In this document: one piece after another, positions 37,898 to 49,670 of the stretch | Numbering within the stretch: position 1 is the first letter of the stretch | Layout of the letters: each line of letters begins with the position of its first letter | DNA from: Escherichia coli O127:H6 str. E2348/69 | GTDB taxonomy: Bacteria > Pseudomonadota > Gammaproteobacteria > Enterobacterales > Enterobacteriaceae | DNA length: 64,000 nucleotides | Assembly: GCF_000026545.1 (NCBI RefSeq) | Contig: NC_011601.1 | Direction: 5' to 3' (one strand) | Translations under genes and position numbers: made by a program | The notes under the pieces: model-generated | The model's input: only the letters and a program-made list of their open reading frames with translations | Database searches by the model: none | Told to the model about the DNA's origin: nothing

Positions 37898-38376
37898 AAT
37901 CCGGGTACTCCGGCACGCTTCTCAGCGAGAAAATAGGCGCGGCTGTTAGCGTGAACATCGTTACTGGCGAGCAGCGCGTCCGGCGTCAGCCAGCGGTAAT
38001 CGTCATGCTGCTCATCCGGCATTAACAGCTCTTCTTCCGCTACCCTGAAGCGAAAACCGAGCACCACATAGTGAGTGGTGAAATCCGTGCCGGAGAAGTT
38101 GTCGTCATAAAAGTGCTGCCAGACACCGTAAAACTGGCCTGCTGTTATCTGCAGACGCAGCCCCAGTTCCGCCATCGTCAGCCGCTCAAATGCGGCTTCC
38201 AGCGTTTCGTCTTTCTGCACGCGCCCTCCCGGCACAAACCAGTAACCCTGCGCCGGGCGGTTGGTTCTTTTGCCAAGCAGAAACTCGCCGCGACTGTTCT
38301 CGACAATAAAGTCGAGAGAGACAAGCGGAGTGGAGCGCACTACCGTGGCAAAGTCTTCCTGACGTAAAAACATCAT
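37894..38376 (-). CDS. gmm: GDP-mannose mannosyl hydrolase (Nudix), colanic copy
   Basis: 160 aa (wcaH); Nudix box present; tandem ATGs at 38376/38373. Confidence 0.93.
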   Translation of the reverse strand: MMFLRQEDFATVVRSTPLVSLDFIVENSRGEFLLGKRTNRPAQGYWFVPGGRVQKDETLEAAFERLTMAELGLRLQITAGQFYGVWQHFYDDNFSGTDFTTHYVVLGFRFRVAEEELLMPDEQHDDYRWLTPDALLASNDVHANSRAYFLAEKRAGVPGL

Positions 38377-39341
38377 TACCCCCGAAAGCGGTCTTGATTC
38401 TCAAGGAACCACTGGTAAGTGCTGGCAAGCCCCGCTTCCAGTGAGATTTCGTGATACCAGCCAAGCTGATGCAGGCGCGTCACATCCAGCAGTTTGCGCG
38501 GCGTACCATCCGGTTTACTGGCATCAAAAACCACCCGACCTTTGTAACCCACCACTTTGGCGATGGTTTGCGCCAGTTCACGGATGGTGCAGTCAACGCC
38601 CGTGCCGACGTTAATGTGCGACAACATCGGCTGGGTGTTTTCCAGCCAGACTTCGTGCGCCAACTCCATCACATGAATGCTTGCCGCCGCCATATCATCG
38701 ACGTGCAGAAATTCGCGCATCGGTGTACCGCTGCCCCACACCACCACGTCCGGTGCATTCTGTGCCGTCGCCTCGTGGAAGCGACGCAGCAATGCAGGTA
38801 TCACATGGGAGTTACTCGGGTGGAAGTTGTCATGCGGCCCGTACAGGTTGGTCGGCATGACTGAGCGGTAATCGCGTCCGTACTGGCGATTGTAAGATTC
38901 GCACAGTTTGATCCCGGCGATTTTGGCAATAGCATAAGGCTCGTTAGTCGGCTCCAGCGTGCCCTTCAACAGCTCGCTTTCTGCCATCGGCTGTTTTGCC
39001 AGTTTCGGGTAGATACAGGACGATCCAAGAAACAGCAGTTTGTTCACGTCGTTCTGATGCGCGGCGTGAATGATGTTGCTCTCAATCATCATGTTCTGGT
39101 AGATGAAATCCGCCGGATAGGTGTTGTTGGCAACAATGCCGCCCACTTTCGCCGCCGCCAGATAGACCTGGTCAATGCGTTCGCTGGCAAAGAAATCATG
39201 CACCGCGCGGCTGTCCAGCAGGTTCAGCTCGTCGCGGGTGCGTAATACCAGTTCCACATCACCGCGCTGTTCGAGCTGCCGCCTGATGGCAGAACCGACC
39301 ATTCCGCGATGGCCAGCGATAAAAATGCGTTGTCTACTCAT
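38376..39341 (-). CDS. fcl: GDP-L-fucose synthase, colanic copy
   Basis: 321 aa (wcaG); identical protein to the O-antigen copy. Confidence 0.95.
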   Translation of the reverse strand: MSRQRIFIAGHRGMVGSAIRRQLEQRGDVELVLRTRDELNLLDSRAVHDFFASERIDQVYLAAAKVGGIVANNTYPADFIYQNMMIESNIIHAAHQNDVNKLLFLGSSCIYPKLAKQPMAESELLKGTLEPTNEPYAIAKIAGIKLCESYNRQYGRDYRSVMPTNLYGPHDNFHPSNSHVIPALLRRFHEATAQNAPDVVVWGSGTPMREFLHVDDMAAASIHVMELAHEVWLENTQPMLSHINVGTGVDCTIRELAQTIAKVVGYKGRVVFDASKPDGTPRKLLDVTRLHQLGWYHEISLEAGLASTYQWFLENQDRFRG

Positions 39342-39343
39342 GC

Positions 39344-40465
39344 TTATGACTCCAGCGCGATCGCCACGTCGTAGCCGTGAGATTTCAGCAGAGAGTGTTT
39401 TTTCGCCGCTTCGAGGTCATTAGCCACCATTTCAGACACCATCTCTCTGAGGGTGATTTCCGGTTTCCAGCCCAGTTTTTCGTGCGCTTTGGTCGGGTCG
39501 CCGAGCAGCGTTTCAACTTCAGCCGGACGGAAGTAACGCGGATCAACGGCGATAATCACATCACCCGGTTTAACGCCCGGCGCGTCATGCCCGGTGACGG
39601 AAACCACAATGCCCTTCTCTTCAACGCCCGTGCCTTCAAAGCGCAGTTTGATGCCCAGCTGTGCTGCCGCCATTTCCACGAACTGACGCACGGAGTACTG
39701 AACGCCGGTCGCGATAACGAAATCTTCCGGCTGTTCCTGTTGCAGCATCATCCACTGCATTTTTACGTAGTCTTTGGCATGGCCCCAGTCACGCAGGGAA
39801 TCCATATTGCCGAGGTACAGGCACGACTCCAGCCCCTGGGCGATATTGGCGATTGCGCGGGTGATTTTGCGGGTAACGAAGGTTTCGCCGCGGCGCGGGG
39901 ATTCATGGTTGAAGAGAATACCGTTACAGGCGTACATGCCGTAGGATTCGCGGTAGTTAACGGTGATCCAGTAGGCGTACAGTTTGGCGACAGCATACGG
40001 AGAGCGTGGGTAGAACGGCGTGGTTTCTTTCTGCGGAATTTCCTGCACCAGACCATACAGTTCAGAGGTGGAAGCCTGATAGAAACGGGTTTTCTTTTCC
40101 AGACCGAGGAAGCGGATCGCCTCGAGCAGGCGCAGCGTACCCATCGCATCGACGTCTGCGGTATATTCCGGTGACTCAAAAGAAACCGCAACGTGGCTCA
40201 TTGCGCCCAGGTTGTACACTTCATCCGGCTGCACTTCACGCAAAATGCGTGTCAGGTTGGAGGTATCACTCAGGTCGCCATAATGCAGATGGAATTTCGG
40301 GTTGCAGGTGTGCGGATCCTGATAAATGTGATCCACGCGCTCGGTGTTGAATGACGATGCACGACGCTTAATACCATGCACCTCGTAACCTTTTTCCAGC
40401 AGAAACTCTGCCAGGTAAGAACCGTCTTGTCCGGTTACACCGGTGATGAGAGCGACTTTTGACAT
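39344..40465 (-). CDS. gmd: GDP-mannose 4,6-dehydratase, colanic copy
   Basis: 373 aa [18 protein letters not shown]... Confidence 0.95.
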
Positions 40466-40491
40466 GTCTTATTCCTCTGTATTTTTTGAAT

Positions 40492-41040
40492 TTATTCAGT
40501 TTCAACGCGTTCGCGTATCACCACTGCGGGATTCCCCCGGCAAACCACATTTGCCGGAAGCGTTTTAAAAACACTGCTTCGTGCACCCACGACGGTGCCG
40601 TCGCCAATCGTGACGCCAGGGGCAACAAAAACATCGGTTGCCAGCCAGCATTTCTCGCCAATCACAATAGGCGTAGCATTAATGGTGAAATGTTGACTTG
40701 CATGGTCGTGGCTACCGGTGCATAAATAACTTTTTTGCGATATCACCGAATGTGCGCCAATGGTTATTTCACCGAGGGTATATAAATTGACGTCATCGCC
40801 GACCCACGCGTAATCACCTAAGGTTAATTTCCACGGATAGGTAATTTTTACTGACGGACGAATAACTACGTTTTTTCCTATTTTTGCGCCGAATAAACGT
40901 AATAAAAATGCCCGCCAGCGATACAATACTTGTGGCGACCAGGCAAATATTGTTGCCTGTACTGCCCACCATAATTGCACTTTAATAGCGTTGCCGCCCC
41001 GGAACCCTTTCGGCACCGAGAAACCGCTTAAATCTTGCAT
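40492..41040 (-). CDS. wcaF: Colanic acid acetyltransferase (hexapeptide repeat)
   Basis: 182 aa. Confidence 0.9.
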   Translation of the reverse strand: MQDLSGFSVPKGFRGGNAIKVQLWWAVQATIFAWSPQVLYRWRAFLLRLFGAKIGKNVVIRPSVKITYPWKLTLGDYAWVGDDVNLYTLGEITIGAHSVISQKSYLCTGSHDHASQHFTINATPIVIGEKCWLATDVFVAPGVTIGDGTVVGARSSVFKTLPANVVCRGNPAVVIRERVETE

Positions 41041-41055
41041 TGGTTCTCCTTATAT

Positions 41056-41802
41056 TCAGACTTTGTTATATAAGGCTTTCGTCTTTGAGGTAGTACGTTG
41101 GCGTAAATGCCAGGATAATTCAGCCCAAAAGCCAGGTACATGTAATATTTGTCGTTGGACTTTTTTCGCGTCAGCACACAATTCCATATTATTGGTGGTA
41201 GATACCCCACCCATGGAAAATTCAGACACCAGGCCATTGAGTTTTTTAAATGCATAACCGGCTTTATACATTTTGGCTGCCAGCGCGTAGTCGGAAGAAA
41301 CTTTATATTCCAGGTCATAACGCCATTTTTTCAAGCCGGATACAGGGAAAAATATCGCCTGATGACTGGCGGGCAGGCTGTGATAAATATACCAGCCCGG
41401 TTTGGCGCTACGTTTAATTTTATGCCCGTCGCCAAAATCCAGCAGCGCATCGCCGGTGATCATCATGTTATCTTTTTGCATTTTTAACTTACGGACAAAA
41501 TTTGCGGCATCCTGATGAAAAATATCGCCCGAATTGAGAAACAACGCGAACTTGCCTTGTGCCATCGCAATGCCTTTGTTCATGGCGTCGTAGATACCGT
41601 TATCTGGCTCGCTGACAAAGCGTAGGTTATAGATACCATTGAGATTTTCCAGATACTCACGGGTGCCGTCATTGGAACCGCCATCGACAACAATCCATTC
41701 GAAGCTGATATCGTCCACCTGCGCCAGATGCGCCAGCGAGGCATGTGTTTTGACTATCCCTTCGAGGTTACGAAACGCGACAGTGATTATGCTAAGCAAC
41801 AT
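41056..41802 (-). CDS. wcaE: Colanic acid glycosyltransferase (GT2)
   Basis: 248 aa. Confidence 0.9.
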   Translation of the reverse strand: MLLSIITVAFRNLEGIVKTHASLAHLAQVDDISFEWIVVDGGSNDGTREYLENLNGIYNLRFVSEPDNGIYDAMNKGIAMAQGKFALFLNSGDIFHQDAANFVRKLKMQKDNMMITGDALLDFGDGHKIKRSAKPGWYIYHSLPASHQAIFFPVSGLKKWRYDLEYKVSSDYALAAKMYKAGYAFKKLNGLVSEFSMGGVSTTNNMELCADAKKVQRQILHVPGFWAELSWHLRQRTTSKTKALYNKV

Positions 41803-41812
41803 GTTCTTATTC

Positions 41813-43030
41813 TTACCTCGTAATATTTAACGCTTTTCGCAAAATAAACGGACAGACGATTAAAAATGCATATTCCGGGCTAAATATCGAACCGGTAAAA
41901 AACAGCGATACCGGAGTAAAAAGATATAATTGCACGCGAAAATTGCGGTTATCACCAAAAGCGTTGATCATCATTTTTATCACTTTCCCCATGTACCACA
42001 GCGATAAAAACACCGCGAACCAGGAAAAATAAATAATCAGCAGATACAAACCATTGTCTATGGTTTTTCCGACATCCGCACCGTTAAATATTCCGAATGA
42101 TGCGACATATTCATAAAGTGAGCCAAATCTGACTACACCGTCAATATGGGTCAAAGAATAACCGACCATCACCAGCGGACCGACAATACGATAATACGAT
42201 GACGATCCTTCCGTACCTAAATCGCCCAGACGGGTGGAAATATAAGGAAATGCAATTACCACACCAACCAGGAATACAGCCAGAGAAATCAATGCTAACG
42301 GTAACTTTTTCTTAATCGCCTCTTTATTCAGATATTGAAATGCCCACTCCAGCAAATAAAACAGGATAAAGGTCATAACCCCTGAAAACGATCCGGATAA
42401 TATTATCCCTGCGAGAATCATAGCATCGGTTTTAGGCGTTTTGATACCAAACTGTTTGATGCTGAGCCAAATTGAGATTAATGCCAGAGCGAAAAATGCC
42501 GGTTCGAAATAAAGTGCTGTCGTGCGCTTGCCGCCGAATTTAATGAAATTCAGCACATAGCTGTTGCTGTAAATCAGATATTTAGAAATCGACTCCATAA
42601 TACTGCTGCCGCCGGTGAGGATAATTTGCGCCATCTCCACCGCCGCCAGCGCCACCACCAGCCCGACCACCAGATAAAAGAAACGTAATATCTTGCGATG
42701 GTTGTGTGGCGAAATCGTTTTAAAGCGAATACTCCACACCATGCCAATAATGATCACAATATAGACAAACAGCATGGTTGAAGTGACGTATTTACTGGCA
42801 TCCAGCGACTGACCAAACAGATAGTTAAACGCCGTGAGTCCCGCACCAATCCCTAAGGCAATCATCAATTTTTTAACGCTGATGCGTTCTAAAAACAGCA
42901 GTAACAAGACAGGTAAAAAAGTGACGATAGTGATGGGGAAACTTTCACCAAGCTGGGCGATTTTGACGTTAACCAGCAGGTAGATCAGCGGCAGCAGCAG
43001 GTAGCTACAGATTCTGATAGAAGTTGACAT
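41813..43030 (-). CDS. wcaD: Colanic acid polymerase
   Basis: Start taken at ATG 43030 ([19 protein letters not shown]...); ORF track extends to 43102; multi-TM protein. Confidence 0.88.
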   Translation of the reverse strand: MSTSIRICSYLLLPLIYLLVNVKIAQLGESFPITIVTFLPVLLLLFLERISVKKLMIALGIGAGLTAFNYLFGQSLDASKYVTSTMLFVYIVIIIGMVWSIRFKTISPHNHRKILRFFYLVVGLVVALAAVEMAQIILTGGSSIMESISKYLIYSNSYVLNFIKFGGKRTTALYFEPAFFALALISIWLSIKQFGIKTPKTDAMILAGIILSGSFSGVMTFILFYLLEWAFQYLNKEAIKKKLPLALISLAVFLVGVVIAFPYISTRLGDLGTEGSSSYYRIVGPLVMVGYSLTHIDGVVRFGSLYEYVASFGIFNGADVGKTIDNGLYLLIIYFSWFAVFLSLWYMGKVIKMMINAFGDNRNFRVQLYLFTPVSLFFTGSIFSPEYAFLIVCPFILRKALNITR

Positions 43031-44222
43031 ACTCCTCCAGCATCTGTTGTCCACTGTAGGCGGCGCGGCTGCGCTGGCTGAACCCGGCCAACGTGGTACC
43101 AAATATCGCCTGCGCGATTTCCGGTTTGCTTAATTGCACCAGTTGCAGCACCTCTTCTTCGCTGACGGTTTTACCGCCGGATTTTTGCAACACTTCCCGC
43201 GCCGCGTCGCTATGGGTGGCAATCACCGGCACGCCAATCGATAGCGCCTCACACAAAATCAGCGGGTAGTTATCGACGCGAGAACTGAACACCAGCGCAT
43301 CCATCTGATTGAGCGCGCTCATCAACTTGCGCTTGTCAGTTTCAAAGCCGTGATTAACCACGTTGCCAGCGGTGAACGGCGAGAACTTACCAAAGGTATG
43401 CAGTTCGATTTTGTCGCCCAGCGCCATCATCTCGCGCACCAGTTGCTGGTTAGTTTTGCCGTCGTAACGCAGGTCATGCGCCACCACCGCGATTTTCGGC
43501 TTACCCTGGGTTTCGCGCACCGGAGGCAAGTCCGCCAGAATCGCTTCGGTTGCCATATCAATGCCATTATTGATAATCCGGCAACGCCCTGGCCCGTACA
43601 GACTATTGAAAGCATCAGCCACATGCTGGCTGGGGGAAATAAACTGACAGCCCAGTGCCAGCATCTCGCGGAATAACTGGCGTTTGCCCGCCACCAGTTG
43701 GTGTGCGCGATCAATCTTCACCGGCGGATAGTTATTTAAGGTCGGGCATTTCTGGCAGCCTGTTTTCCAGCCTTCGCAACCGTCGGTAAAGGCGCAGCGT
43801 CCGGTAACACTCCAGTGGTCGTGCAGCGTCCAGACCAGAGTGACGTCCGGTTTATGGTTTTTCACCTTTTCGCAAAAGCGCACCACGCTCTTAAGATTTA
43901 GCCAGTAGCTGTGCAGCACATGAAAATGCAGGACCACCGGACCCGGTGTGCGAGTAATGGTGCGATATAACTCATTGAAATTGCCGAACAGATCGCGATT
44001 AAACAGACGAAACAGGGCAATGTTCGCCATCGCGGTCATCCGCGGCGTATGTTTGATGACCTGCGGATAGTTTTGATGGCTGACGCTCTCTTTGCCGCCT
44101 TTGCCGTAGCCGTAGACAAAATGTGACGCCAGCCCCTGTTGCAGCGCACGCTGGTGGAGATCTAACGCCACACCTGCCGCTCCGCCTTCCGCCAGTCGCA
44201 CATTAAATTGCAGAATATTCAT
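43005..44222 (-). CDS. wcaC: Colanic acid glycosyltransferase (GT4)
   Basis: 405 aa. Confidence 0.9.
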   Translation of the reverse strand: MNILQFNVRLAEGGAAGVALDLHQRALQQGLASHFVYGYGKGGKESVSHQNYPQVIKHTPRMTAMANIALFRLFNRDLFGNFNELYRTITRTPGPVVLHFHVLHSYWLNLKSVVRFCEKVKNHKPDVTLVWTLHDHWSVTGRCAFTDGCEGWKTGCQKCPTLNNYPPVKIDRAHQLVAGKRQLFREMLALGCQFISPSQHVADAFNSLYGPGRCRIINNGIDMATEAILADLPPVRETQGKPKIAVVAHDLRYDGKTNQQLVREMMALGDKIELHTFGKFSPFTAGNVVNHGFETDKRKLMSALNQMDALVFSSRVDNYPLILCEALSIGVPVIATHSDAAREVLQKSGGKTVSEEEVLQLVQLSKPEIAQAIFGTTLAGFSQRSRAAYSGQQMLEEYVNFYQNL

Positions 44223-44707
44223 TTAATTACCTTCACTCGCGCTTTTTCTCCCACCACCAGCGCGTTGTCCGGGACAGAGTCGAGCACCACGCTGCCCGCG
44301 CCCACGGTGACGTTGTTACCAAGCGTGATATCACCAAGAATAATGACGTTGGCACCGAGTTCGACGCCGTTGCCAATGTGTGGACATGCCATGTTATCGG
44401 CACCACGATTGCCGATAGTGACGCCGTGGCGAATGGTAAAATCATCCCCCGCAACCACGTTTTTATTGATCACTACGGCGTAACCGTGATGGATAGTAAA
44501 GCGGCGGCCAATGGTTGCGGCTGCCTGGATTTCATAACCGAAAAAGCATTCGGTGATAATGCGATACAGCACCAGCAGCGGTGCCGCCCACAGATTGTTG
44601 AGGACGTTCTTTTTGCGCCACACCGAACAAAAATGAGCAACACGATAGGCAAGAACCATGCAGCACGGGCGTAAACTCCAGCTGTTGGCGCGCAGATCTT
44701 CCAGCAT
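44219..44707 (-). CDS. wcaB: Colanic acid acetyltransferase (serine acetyltransferase-like)
   Basis: 162 aa hexapeptide-repeat protein. Confidence 0.9.
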   Translation of the reverse strand: MLEDLRANSWSLRPCCMVLAYRVAHFCSVWRKKNVLNNLWAAPLLVLYRIITECFFGYEIQAAATIGRRFTIHHGYAVVINKNVVAGDDFTIRHGVTIGNRGADNMACPHIGNGVELGANVIILGDITLGNNVTVGAGSVVLDSVPDNALVVGEKARVKVIK

Positions 44708-44709
44708 CT

Positions 44710-45549
44710 TTAGCGCCCCCGAATACCATCAGCCAGACGTTTGCCGTTACGCACCGACAGCAGCGTCAACAAGGTGCGCCAGGTCATGCGTTTATTACGG
44801 ATCTGGTAGAGGGTAAACAGCTGATATTTTTTACTGGCCCGGTCGAATTTGTCTTTGTGCTTGCGGTAAAAGTGGAAGTATCCGGAGAATTTTTTCGGTG
44901 ACGAGGTGATCTGCATTTCACCGTGATTGATATGCAGGATCTGCGTCGCTTCTTCCACTTTCCACGGTTCGCCATACTCCACCACCATCCGCAGGAAGAT
45001 GTCGTAATCCTGTGCCGCTTTCAGTTCGGTATCGAACAAACACTCTTTGAAACGCCATGCCCAGGTAAAGACCTGATTGCCAATGATATTGCGTTTATAG
45101 AACAGGCGGCGTGAGTACGGCGATTTGGGATACAGTGGTAAGCTTGCCGGTTGGGAATAAACTTCTCCCTGGCATACGTAGTCGTTAGCGTACAAAAAGG
45201 CGTGAGTGACCAGTTGCTGTTTATGGGCGAGGAAGACGCTCAGACGGTTGGGTGTCCATTCGTCATCGTCATCGATCCCGGTAATGTATTCCCCTTGCGC
45301 CAGCATAATCGCCTGGTTACGTACCGCGCACGCCCCGCTGTTAATGTCGTTGTGAATGTAGGTAATACGCGGATCGTTGAGGGCGGTAACGTACTGTTGC
45401 AGTTGTTCCCAGGAGGTGGAGCAATCATCCACGATGATCATCTCCCAGTTGCTGTAGTCCTGGCGCAAAACCGATTTTATTGCCCGAATCGCCAGTTGTT
45501 GGCGGTTCCAGGTTGGCATATAGATTGAGATCAGCGGATTGTCTTTCAT
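44710..45549 (-). CDS. wcaA: Colanic acid glycosyltransferase (GT2)
   Basis: 279 aa; DDCS/DDD motifs. Confidence 0.9.
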   Translation of the reverse strand: MKDNPLISIYMPTWNRQQLAIRAIKSVLRQDYSNWEMIIVDDCSTSWEQLQQYVTALNDPRITYIHNDINSGACAVRNQAIMLAQGEYITGIDDDDEWTPNRLSVFLAHKQQLVTHAFLYANDYVCQGEVYSQPASLPLYPKSPYSRRLFYKRNIIGNQVFTWAWRFKECLFDTELKAAQDYDIFLRMVVEYGEPWKVEEATQILHINHGEMQITSSPKKFSGYFHFYRKHKDKFDRASKKYQLFTLYQIRNKRMTWRTLLTLLSVRNGKRLADGIRGR

Positions 45550-45612
45550 AGGTTGTACTCCCGGAGTGTCGAGATGTTCTGCCGGTTTATAAGCTTGTTT
45601 ACGGGTTCTGTT

Positions 45613-45716
45613 GCCGGATGCGGCGTGAGCGCCTTATCCGGCCTACGGAGCTGGTTTGCTTGCCGGATGCGGCGTGAAGGTAGGTCGGATAAGATGCGTC
45701 AGCATCGCATCCGACA
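45613..45716. repeat. BIME / REP cluster between wcaA and wzc
   Basis: GCCGGATGCGGCGTGAGCGCCTTATCCGGCCTAC followed by a second REP GTAGGTCGGATAAGATGCGTCAGCATCGCATCCGAC. Confidence 0.8.
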
Positions 45717-45726
45717 GCGGATGTCG

Positions 45727-47889
45727 TTATTTCGCATCCGACTTATATTCGTATTCGTAATAGCCATAATCCTGATACGCGCTGGCGCGGCGGAAGATGG
45801 AGTTCAGAATCACCCCTTTCACCGGAATACCGTTTTGCTCAAAGCGGCTCAGACTGGTTTCCACTTCTTTCAATGTGTTGACCGCATAGCGCGCCACCAT
45901 TAACGTGGTTCCGACATGACGACCAACAATTGCCGCATCGGTCACTGCCAGAATCGGCGGCGTATCAATCAACACCAGGTCATAGTTTTTACTCGCCCAG
46001 TTCACCAGTTCGGCAAAGCGTTCGCTCATCAACAGTTCAGAAGGATTTGGCGGTACCTGACCGCGCGGGATCAGGTCAAATTTGGCAATAGAGGTCGGTT
46101 TAGCTGCGGTAGTAATATCGCCCTGACCAATCAGAATTTCCGACAGGCCATTAACGTTATTGGTGCCCAACAGCTCGTGGGTGTAGCCTTTGCGCATATC
46201 GCAGTCGATCAACAACACGCGTTTATTGGTCTGGCTGATCACCGCCGCCAGGTTGGCGCAGACAAAGGTTTTACCGATTGACGGGCTAACCCCGGTCATC
46301 ATCAACACATTGTTCTGCGCCTGCATCATCGCGAAGTGCAGACTGGTACGCAGACTGCGGATGGCTTCAATCGCCAGATCGGTTGGATTCCCCACCGCCA
46401 GTAGCTGGCTCTGTTTATAGCGTTTAACTCCTTTGATGGTTTTGACGCTATCGCGCGCTTTCTGCCATTCCGACAACGGGATGCTGGCATAGACGCTGAT
46501 ACCTTGTTCTTCCAGCACCTGCGGGCTTTCGATGCCGCGATTAAACAACGAGCGCAGCAGCACACCCACGATAGAGAGCATCAGGCCGAGGATAATCGCC
46601 CCAAGGATAATCAGCCCTTTCTTCGGTTTTAGCACGCCAGGCTGGGTGATTGCCGGGTCAACAATGCGCACATCGCCGACGGTGCTGGCTTCGGTGATTT
46701 TCAGCTCCTGCTCTTTATTCAGCAGTTGCATATAGACCTGCTGACCAGACTCGACATCGCGGGTCAGACGGACAATTTCCTGCTGGGTTTTCGGCATCGC
46801 CGTTACGCGACCATTAAGTTTGGCTTTTTCGTCTTCCAGCGCCTGCCGTTTCTCCAGCAGCGTGCGGTACGCCGGGTGAACTTTGGTGTACAGCTTGGAG
46901 ATTTCCGCCTCTTTAAAGGTCAGTTCGTTCAACTGGGCGTCGATGTTCACCATCGAATCGAGCACCGCTTTCGCTTCCAGCGGCAGATCAACAGAATCTT
47001 TATCCTGACGGAAGGCATTCAGTTTGTTTTCGGCAACATCGAGGCGGCTACGTACTTCCGGTAACTGTTGCGCGAGGAAAGCGAGACTTTTCGACGCTTC
47101 CGCCGATTTGCGCTCAATATTTTGTTCCTGATAGTTACGGGCGATGCTGTTAAGAATGTCGCGGATCTGTTCGCGATCTTCACCGGTATAAGTCAGGCTC
47201 AGTACGCCTGCGTCTTTGCCGTTCTCCGTTACCGTCAGGCTGTTTTGCAGTTGATTGATCATCCCCAGCGTGGAGTATTTGGTGACGGTAAACTCACTGC
47301 CCGGGCGGGCGTGAATGGCTTCAACCATCAGCGTGACGCCTTCTTTTTTCAGCATCTGGCCCGCTTGCCCACGGGCGCTAAAGCCGCCATCACTGCTCAG
47401 GGTGTAGTTTTTATCGTCCAGCACATTAAGCGTAAACACCTGATCCGCCATCTCTTTCGGGCGGTTAAAGGTGGTCACTTTCACCGTTTCGTTCTGACGT
47501 CCCATCAGGCGATCCCAGCCCGCACCGAAAATCGGGAACGTGTTTTTGCTCACCGCAATATCGAGGTCGAGATCGTCCACCGTTTTACCAAGCACCAGGC
47601 GCGAACGAATCAACTGGATCTCGGCGTCCGATGCAGGCGGTTTGTTGGCTAACGCCGATCCGATATCCTGCACTAACGAATTGCCGCTGCTTTGCTCGAT
47701 TTGTACCAGTGCGTCGGCACTATAAATCGGCGTGGCGAAGAAGGTGTAAACCACGGCACAAAGGGCGAATACAGCGGTGATGCCAATCACCCACCAGCGC
47801 GCTTCAATGACGGTGCCGACCAGGCGACCAATATCGATTTCATCACTGCCCGTTACCGGAGCGGCATGTTGTTTTACTTTTTCTGTCAT
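45727..47889 (-). CDS. wzc: Tyrosine autokinase of capsule export (BY-kinase)
   Basis: ATG at 47889 gives MTEKVKQHAAPVTGSDEIDIGRLVG...; Walker A GVSPSIGKT; C-terminal Tyr cluster YQDYGYYEYEYKSDAK; ORF track extends to 47925. Confidence 0.95.
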   Translation of the reverse strand: MTEKVKQHAAPVTGSDEIDIGRLVGTVIEARWWVIGITAVFALCAVVYTFFATPIYSADALVQIEQSSGNSLVQDIGSALANKPPASDAEIQLIRSRLVLGKTVDDLDLDIAVSKNTFPIFGAGWDRLMGRQNETVKVTTFNRPKEMADQVFTLNVLDDKNYTLSSDGGFSARGQAGQMLKKEGVTLMVEAIHARPGSEFTVTKYSTLGMINQLQNSLTVTENGKDAGVLSLTYTGEDREQIRDILNSIARNYQEQNIERKSAEASKSLAFLAQQLPEVRSRLDVAENKLNAFRQDKDSVDLPLEAKAVLDSMVNIDAQLNELTFKEAEISKLYTKVHPAYRTLLEKRQALEDEKAKLNGRVTAMPKTQQEIVRLTRDVESGQQVYMQLLNKEQELKITEASTVGDVRIVDPAITQPGVLKPKKGLIILGAIILGLMLSIVGVLLRSLFNRGIESPQVLEEQGISVYASIPLSEWQKARDSVKTIKGVKRYKQSQLLAVGNPTDLAIEAIRSLRTSLHFAMMQAQNNVLMMTGVSPSIGKTFVCANLAAVISQTNKRVLLIDCDMRKGYTHELLGTNNVNGLSEILIGQGDITTAAKPTSIAKFDLIPRGQVPPNPSELLMSERFAELVNWASKNYDLVLIDTPPILAVTDAAIVGRHVGTTLMVARYAVNTLKEVETSLSRFEQNGIPVKGVILNSIFRRASAYQDYGYYEYEYKSDAK

Positions 47890-47891
47890 TC

Positions 47892-48335
47892 TTATACCTG
47901 CTCTGCGTTCAATGCCTGCGCCCACTGGCGGGCAGACCGTTCAAGTAATGTGTACACCGCTGCAAACGTTTCCCGGCTTTTGCGATACGGATCGGGGATT
48001 TCACATTCGTTATCCCAGTGACCAAACAGCATCACTTTGCCGCGCATCTCAGGTGCCATCTCGCATAAGCGTTCGATATGGCGCTTTTCCATGGTCAAAA
48101 TCAGGTCATAGTTGCGACACAGGCGGCGGCTGATTTGCCGTGCACAGTGACCTTCCAGAGACAGTTGATGTTCTGCGGCGACGCTGATAGCGGTAGGATC
48201 AGCGCCCTTACCGACCAGCGCGCCGAGTCCAGCGGACTCCACTTTCAGTTCCGGGTGATAACGTTGCAGTAAGCGTTCCGCCGTCGGGGAACGGCAAATA
48301 TTGCCGACACAGACAACTAAGATGTTGTTAAACAT
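47892..48335 (-). CDS. wzb: Low-molecular-weight protein-tyrosine phosphatase
   Basis: 147 aa; CVGNICRSP P-loop. Confidence 0.95.
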   Translation of the reverse strand: MFNNILVVCVGNICRSPTAERLLQRYHPELKVESAGLGALVGKGADPTAISVAAEHQLSLEGHCARQISRRLCRNYDLILTMEKRHIERLCEMAPEMRGKVMLFGHWDNECEIPDPYRKSRETFAAVYTLLERSARQWAQALNAEQV

Positions 48336-48340
48336 GACGA

Positions 48341-49480
48341 TTACCAGTTATGAATGTCGCTGGCTGTATCCGTCATGTAACGGACACCGCTAATAGTTGG
48401 CAGCAACTGATTGATCAGACGGTTCCAGCGGGAAACCGGGGCGGTGGTGACATACACCACGTCATAAGGTTGCAGGCGGAATTCTGTCGCCATCACCAGC
48501 GACGTCGCATCGGACATATCCAGCTGGTAGATATTGGCAATCTTGCCGTTACGCCCGCCCTCGCCTTTCAGCGGACGAATGACAAAGATGCCGCTGGCGT
48601 TGGAGGTGGTCATGTCGATACCTTCAGCATTACCCAGGGCTTCAGTCAGGGTCATGCCGCTAAAGTCCATTTTCAGGGTGCTCTGTTTCTTCACTTCACC
48701 CATCACAAACACTTTCAGATCATCATTACGCGGCACGTAGAGAATATCGCCGGGGTAAAGCAGTCGGTTCTGATTGAGGTCGCCGTTTTGCATCAGCGCC
48801 TGCAAAGAAATGCGTTCTTCACGACCATTGTGTGTTAGCACCACGTTGCGCCAGTCAGCGGTGTCGGTCAGGCCACCTGCGGCGTTGATGGCGTCGAGAA
48901 TGGTCAGTGGTACGTTGGTGATCGCCTGTTGACCGGATTTATTCACCTGACCGGAGATATAGGCTTTTTGTGAGCGGAAGGCGGCGATATTAACGTCCAC
49001 CTGCGGGTCAGCGATGTACGTCGCTAAGCGCCCGGTAATATCACTGCGGATTTCAGCGAGCGTTTTCCCGACTACGTGAACCTTGCCGATATACGGGTAA
49101 AACATAGTGCCGTCAGGCTGTACCCAGTTGCCGGTGTCGCTGGAGCTGCGGTACTGACCGGCTGGCGTGGTGAGTTCCGGGTGATCCCAGACGGTGACAT
49201 TAAGAACGTCCCCCGGCCCGACGCGATACTGGTAATTCGCGATCTCACTTTCCAACGTCATATTGGGGCGCGCTACATTCGGGCGTGGGCGTAATTGGTC
49301 AATCAGGCGCGGGGTCAGCGGATAAACATTCACCATTTTGTCGAGATCGAAATCAGCGTCCTGCTGTTTGATGACGTCTTTGCCCATCGTCGACATATTG
49401 CTGCCCGGAAGTACTGTGCAACCGCTTATCAAGGTTACTGACACCAATAATGGCATCAATTTCATTTTGGATTTCATCAT
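48341..49480 (-). CDS. wza: Outer-membrane polysaccharide export lipoprotein
   Basis: 379 aa; lipoprotein signal with LISGC lipobox. Confidence 0.95.
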   Translation of the reverse strand: MMKSKMKLMPLLVSVTLISGCTVLPGSNMSTMGKDVIKQQDADFDLDKMVNVYPLTPRLIDQLRPRPNVARPNMTLESEIANYQYRVGPGDVLNVTVWDHPELTTPAGQYRSSSDTGNWVQPDGTMFYPYIGKVHVVGKTLAEIRSDITGRLATYIADPQVDVNIAAFRSQKAYISGQVNKSGQQAITNVPLTILDAINAAGGLTDTADWRNVVLTHNGREERISLQALMQNGDLNQNRLLYPGDILYVPRNDDLKVFVMGEVKKQSTLKMDFSGMTLTEALGNAEGIDMTTSNASGIFVIRPLKGEGGRNGKIANIYQLDMSDATSLVMATEFRLQPYDVVYVTTAPVSRWNRLINQLLPTISGVRYMTDTASDIHNW

Positions 49481-49658
49481 TGTTTATTTATCACTTTGGC
49501 AGAGTAATTATCCTGTGCACTATTAATAGCAATGTCGCCATGCACATTTACCTTGCAGTTAATTGAATAAAAATTTAACTGGCATCAGTCCTAAAAAAAT
49601 TGATTTCATCCGCAGGCTATTGACAGAATAATTCAGACTGGTCTTTCAGGCATCCAGA

Positions 49659-49670
49659 CACGCTACCGCC
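49659..49670 (-). promoter_or_regulatory. ops element in the colanic acid (cps) operon leader
   Basis: Plus-strand CACGCTACCGCC is the reverse complement of GGCGGTAGCGTG; about 180 nt upstream of the wza start on the transcribed strand. Confidence 0.8.

Larger units (their letters stand above)
37936..40465. repeat. Long direct repeat, copy B (gmd-fcl-gmm, colanic acid locus)
   Basis: See copy A. Confidence 0.85.
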
